NCBI GenBank assembly: GCA_013002885.1
Contig: JABDLS010000047.1
Coordinates: forward strand, 17,351-81,350
From: Gemmatimonadota bacterium
GTDB taxonomy: Bacteria > Gemmatimonadota > Gemmatimonadetes > Longimicrobiales > Gaopeijiaceae
Length of the DNA: 64,000 nucleotides
Reading direction: 5' to 3'
Under the pieces are notes generated by a model, which was given only the letters and a program-made list of their open reading frames with translations, was not told the origin of the DNA and made no database searches. Shown piece by piece: positions 63,371-64,000 of this stretch. The stretch's first letter is position 1, and each line of letters begins with the position of its first letter. Both the position numbers and the translations under genes were made by a program.

Positions 63371-64000
63371 GTGACGCCCATCCTCACTCGCAGTCTCGAC
63401 CTGTTCAATTTCCACATTCGCCTGACCGCGACGGTCATCACGCTGGCGGCGCTCTTCGCCCTATCGGCATTACCTCGCGTCACGACCCAGGCGTTGGCTC
63501 AGGAAGAGGGCGACGAGTCGGAGGAGCGCGACGGTTTGGGCCTGCCGCTCGAGCCCGGCCGGGAGCTGGTCTTCGACGCCACTGAGGGAAGTTGGATGTC
63601 GTTGGATATCAGCCCCGACGGACAGACCCTCGTGTTCGACCTCCTCGGTGACCTCTACACCCTCCCTGTTGCCGGTGGCACGGCCACGCGGGTGACATCT
63701 GGGATGGCGGTGGACGTCCAACCCCGCTTCTCGCCAGACGGAGAACAGGTCGTCTTCGTATCCGACCGTTCCGGTCGGGAGCAGGTGTGGACGTTGGAAG
63801 TCGCAACGGGGGACACGGCGCAGGTCACTCGAGGCCGAGGTGCGGATGTTCTGTCACCAGAGTGGTCGCCAGACGGCGAGTACCTGGTCGTGCCCAAGTC
63901 GGGCCGAAACGTGAACGGCCTCTGGCTGATCCACACCGACGGTGGGTCCGGCGTCCGAATGCACGAGGACGAGGGCACCTTCATGAGCGGTCCGGCCTTC
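63371..64000 (+). CDS. partial (5' part) secreted protein with TolB-like PD40 beta-propeller repeats, probably N-terminus of an amidohydrolase-family protein
   Basis: Not in the ORF track because it runs off the window. My translation from GTG 63371 gives a signal-like TATVITLAALFALSALP, then SPDGQTLVFD, FSPDGEQVVFVSDRSG and WSPDGEYLVV repeats. The open frame continues to the window end. Confidence 0.75.
   Translation, partial: MTPILTRSLDLFNFHIRLTATVITLAALFALSALPRVTTQALAQEEGDESEERDGLGLPLEPGRELVFDATEGSWMSLDISPDGQTLVFDLLGDLYTLPVAGGTATRVTSGMAVDVQPRFSPDGEQVVFVSDRSGREQVWTLEVATGDTAQVTRGRGADVLSPEWSPDGEYLVVPKSGRNVNGLWLIHTDGGSGVRMHEDEGTFMSGPAF

Overview
This is a GC-rich (roughly two-thirds G+C by eye), very compact bacterial chromosomal segment. 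I call about 65 protein genes and one tRNA(CAT), and found no rRNA, CRISPR array, IS element, integrase or prophage. All but three genes are on the + strand, and many neighbouring genes overlap by 1-4 nt (ATGA, GTGA, TGATG), which suggests long translationally coupled operons.

Most of the content is housekeeping:
- Protein quality control and cell division: ctpA, hrcA-dnaJ, ftsH, ftsB, divIVA.
- DNA metabolism: dprA, mutS2, dnaG, recJ, and a DnaQ-like exonuclease.
- RNA and translation: obg, prmA, rsmD, rsmA, tilS, ileS, rluD.
- Cofactors and central metabolism: hemW, coaD, pta, thiL, nnr, eno, glyA, plsC, hpt, a purine-nucleoside phosphorylase (PNP) and yggS.
- An acyl-CoA and branched-chain amino acid block: thiolase, hbd, acyl-CoA dehydrogenase, Leu/Val dehydrogenase.
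- An ExbB-ExbD-ExbD-TonB set.
- A STAS / anti-sigma kinase / GAF-PP2C partner-switching module.
- rex, with a near-consensus Rex operator upstream.
- The c-di-AMP cyclase cdaA.

Several blocks keep Firmicute-like gene order (hemW-hrcA-..-dnaJ-prmA; tilS-hpt-ftsH; yggS-divIVA-..-ileS-rluD; rsmD-coaD). Together with the TonB system and families such as DUF4388, DUF3098-like and Minf_1886-like, this suggests a diderm of the Gemmatimonadota/FCB type. That taxonomic guess is inference only.

The most unusual locus is a four-gene, start/stop-overlapping operon at 56953-62730. It encodes:
1. A protein with two tandem DnaA-domain-III (AAA+) modules, one intact and one degenerate, and no DnaA DNA-binding domain.
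2. A DUF4388 protein with a pair of MshEN-like motifs and TPR repeats.
3. A membrane-anchored HExxH-X18-E peptidase-like protein.
4. An orphan sigma54-dependent response regulator.

All product calls rest on motifs I recognised in the supplied translations. No database search was possible. Many long antisense or 5'-extended ORFs in the track are GC-driven artefacts and were rejected.
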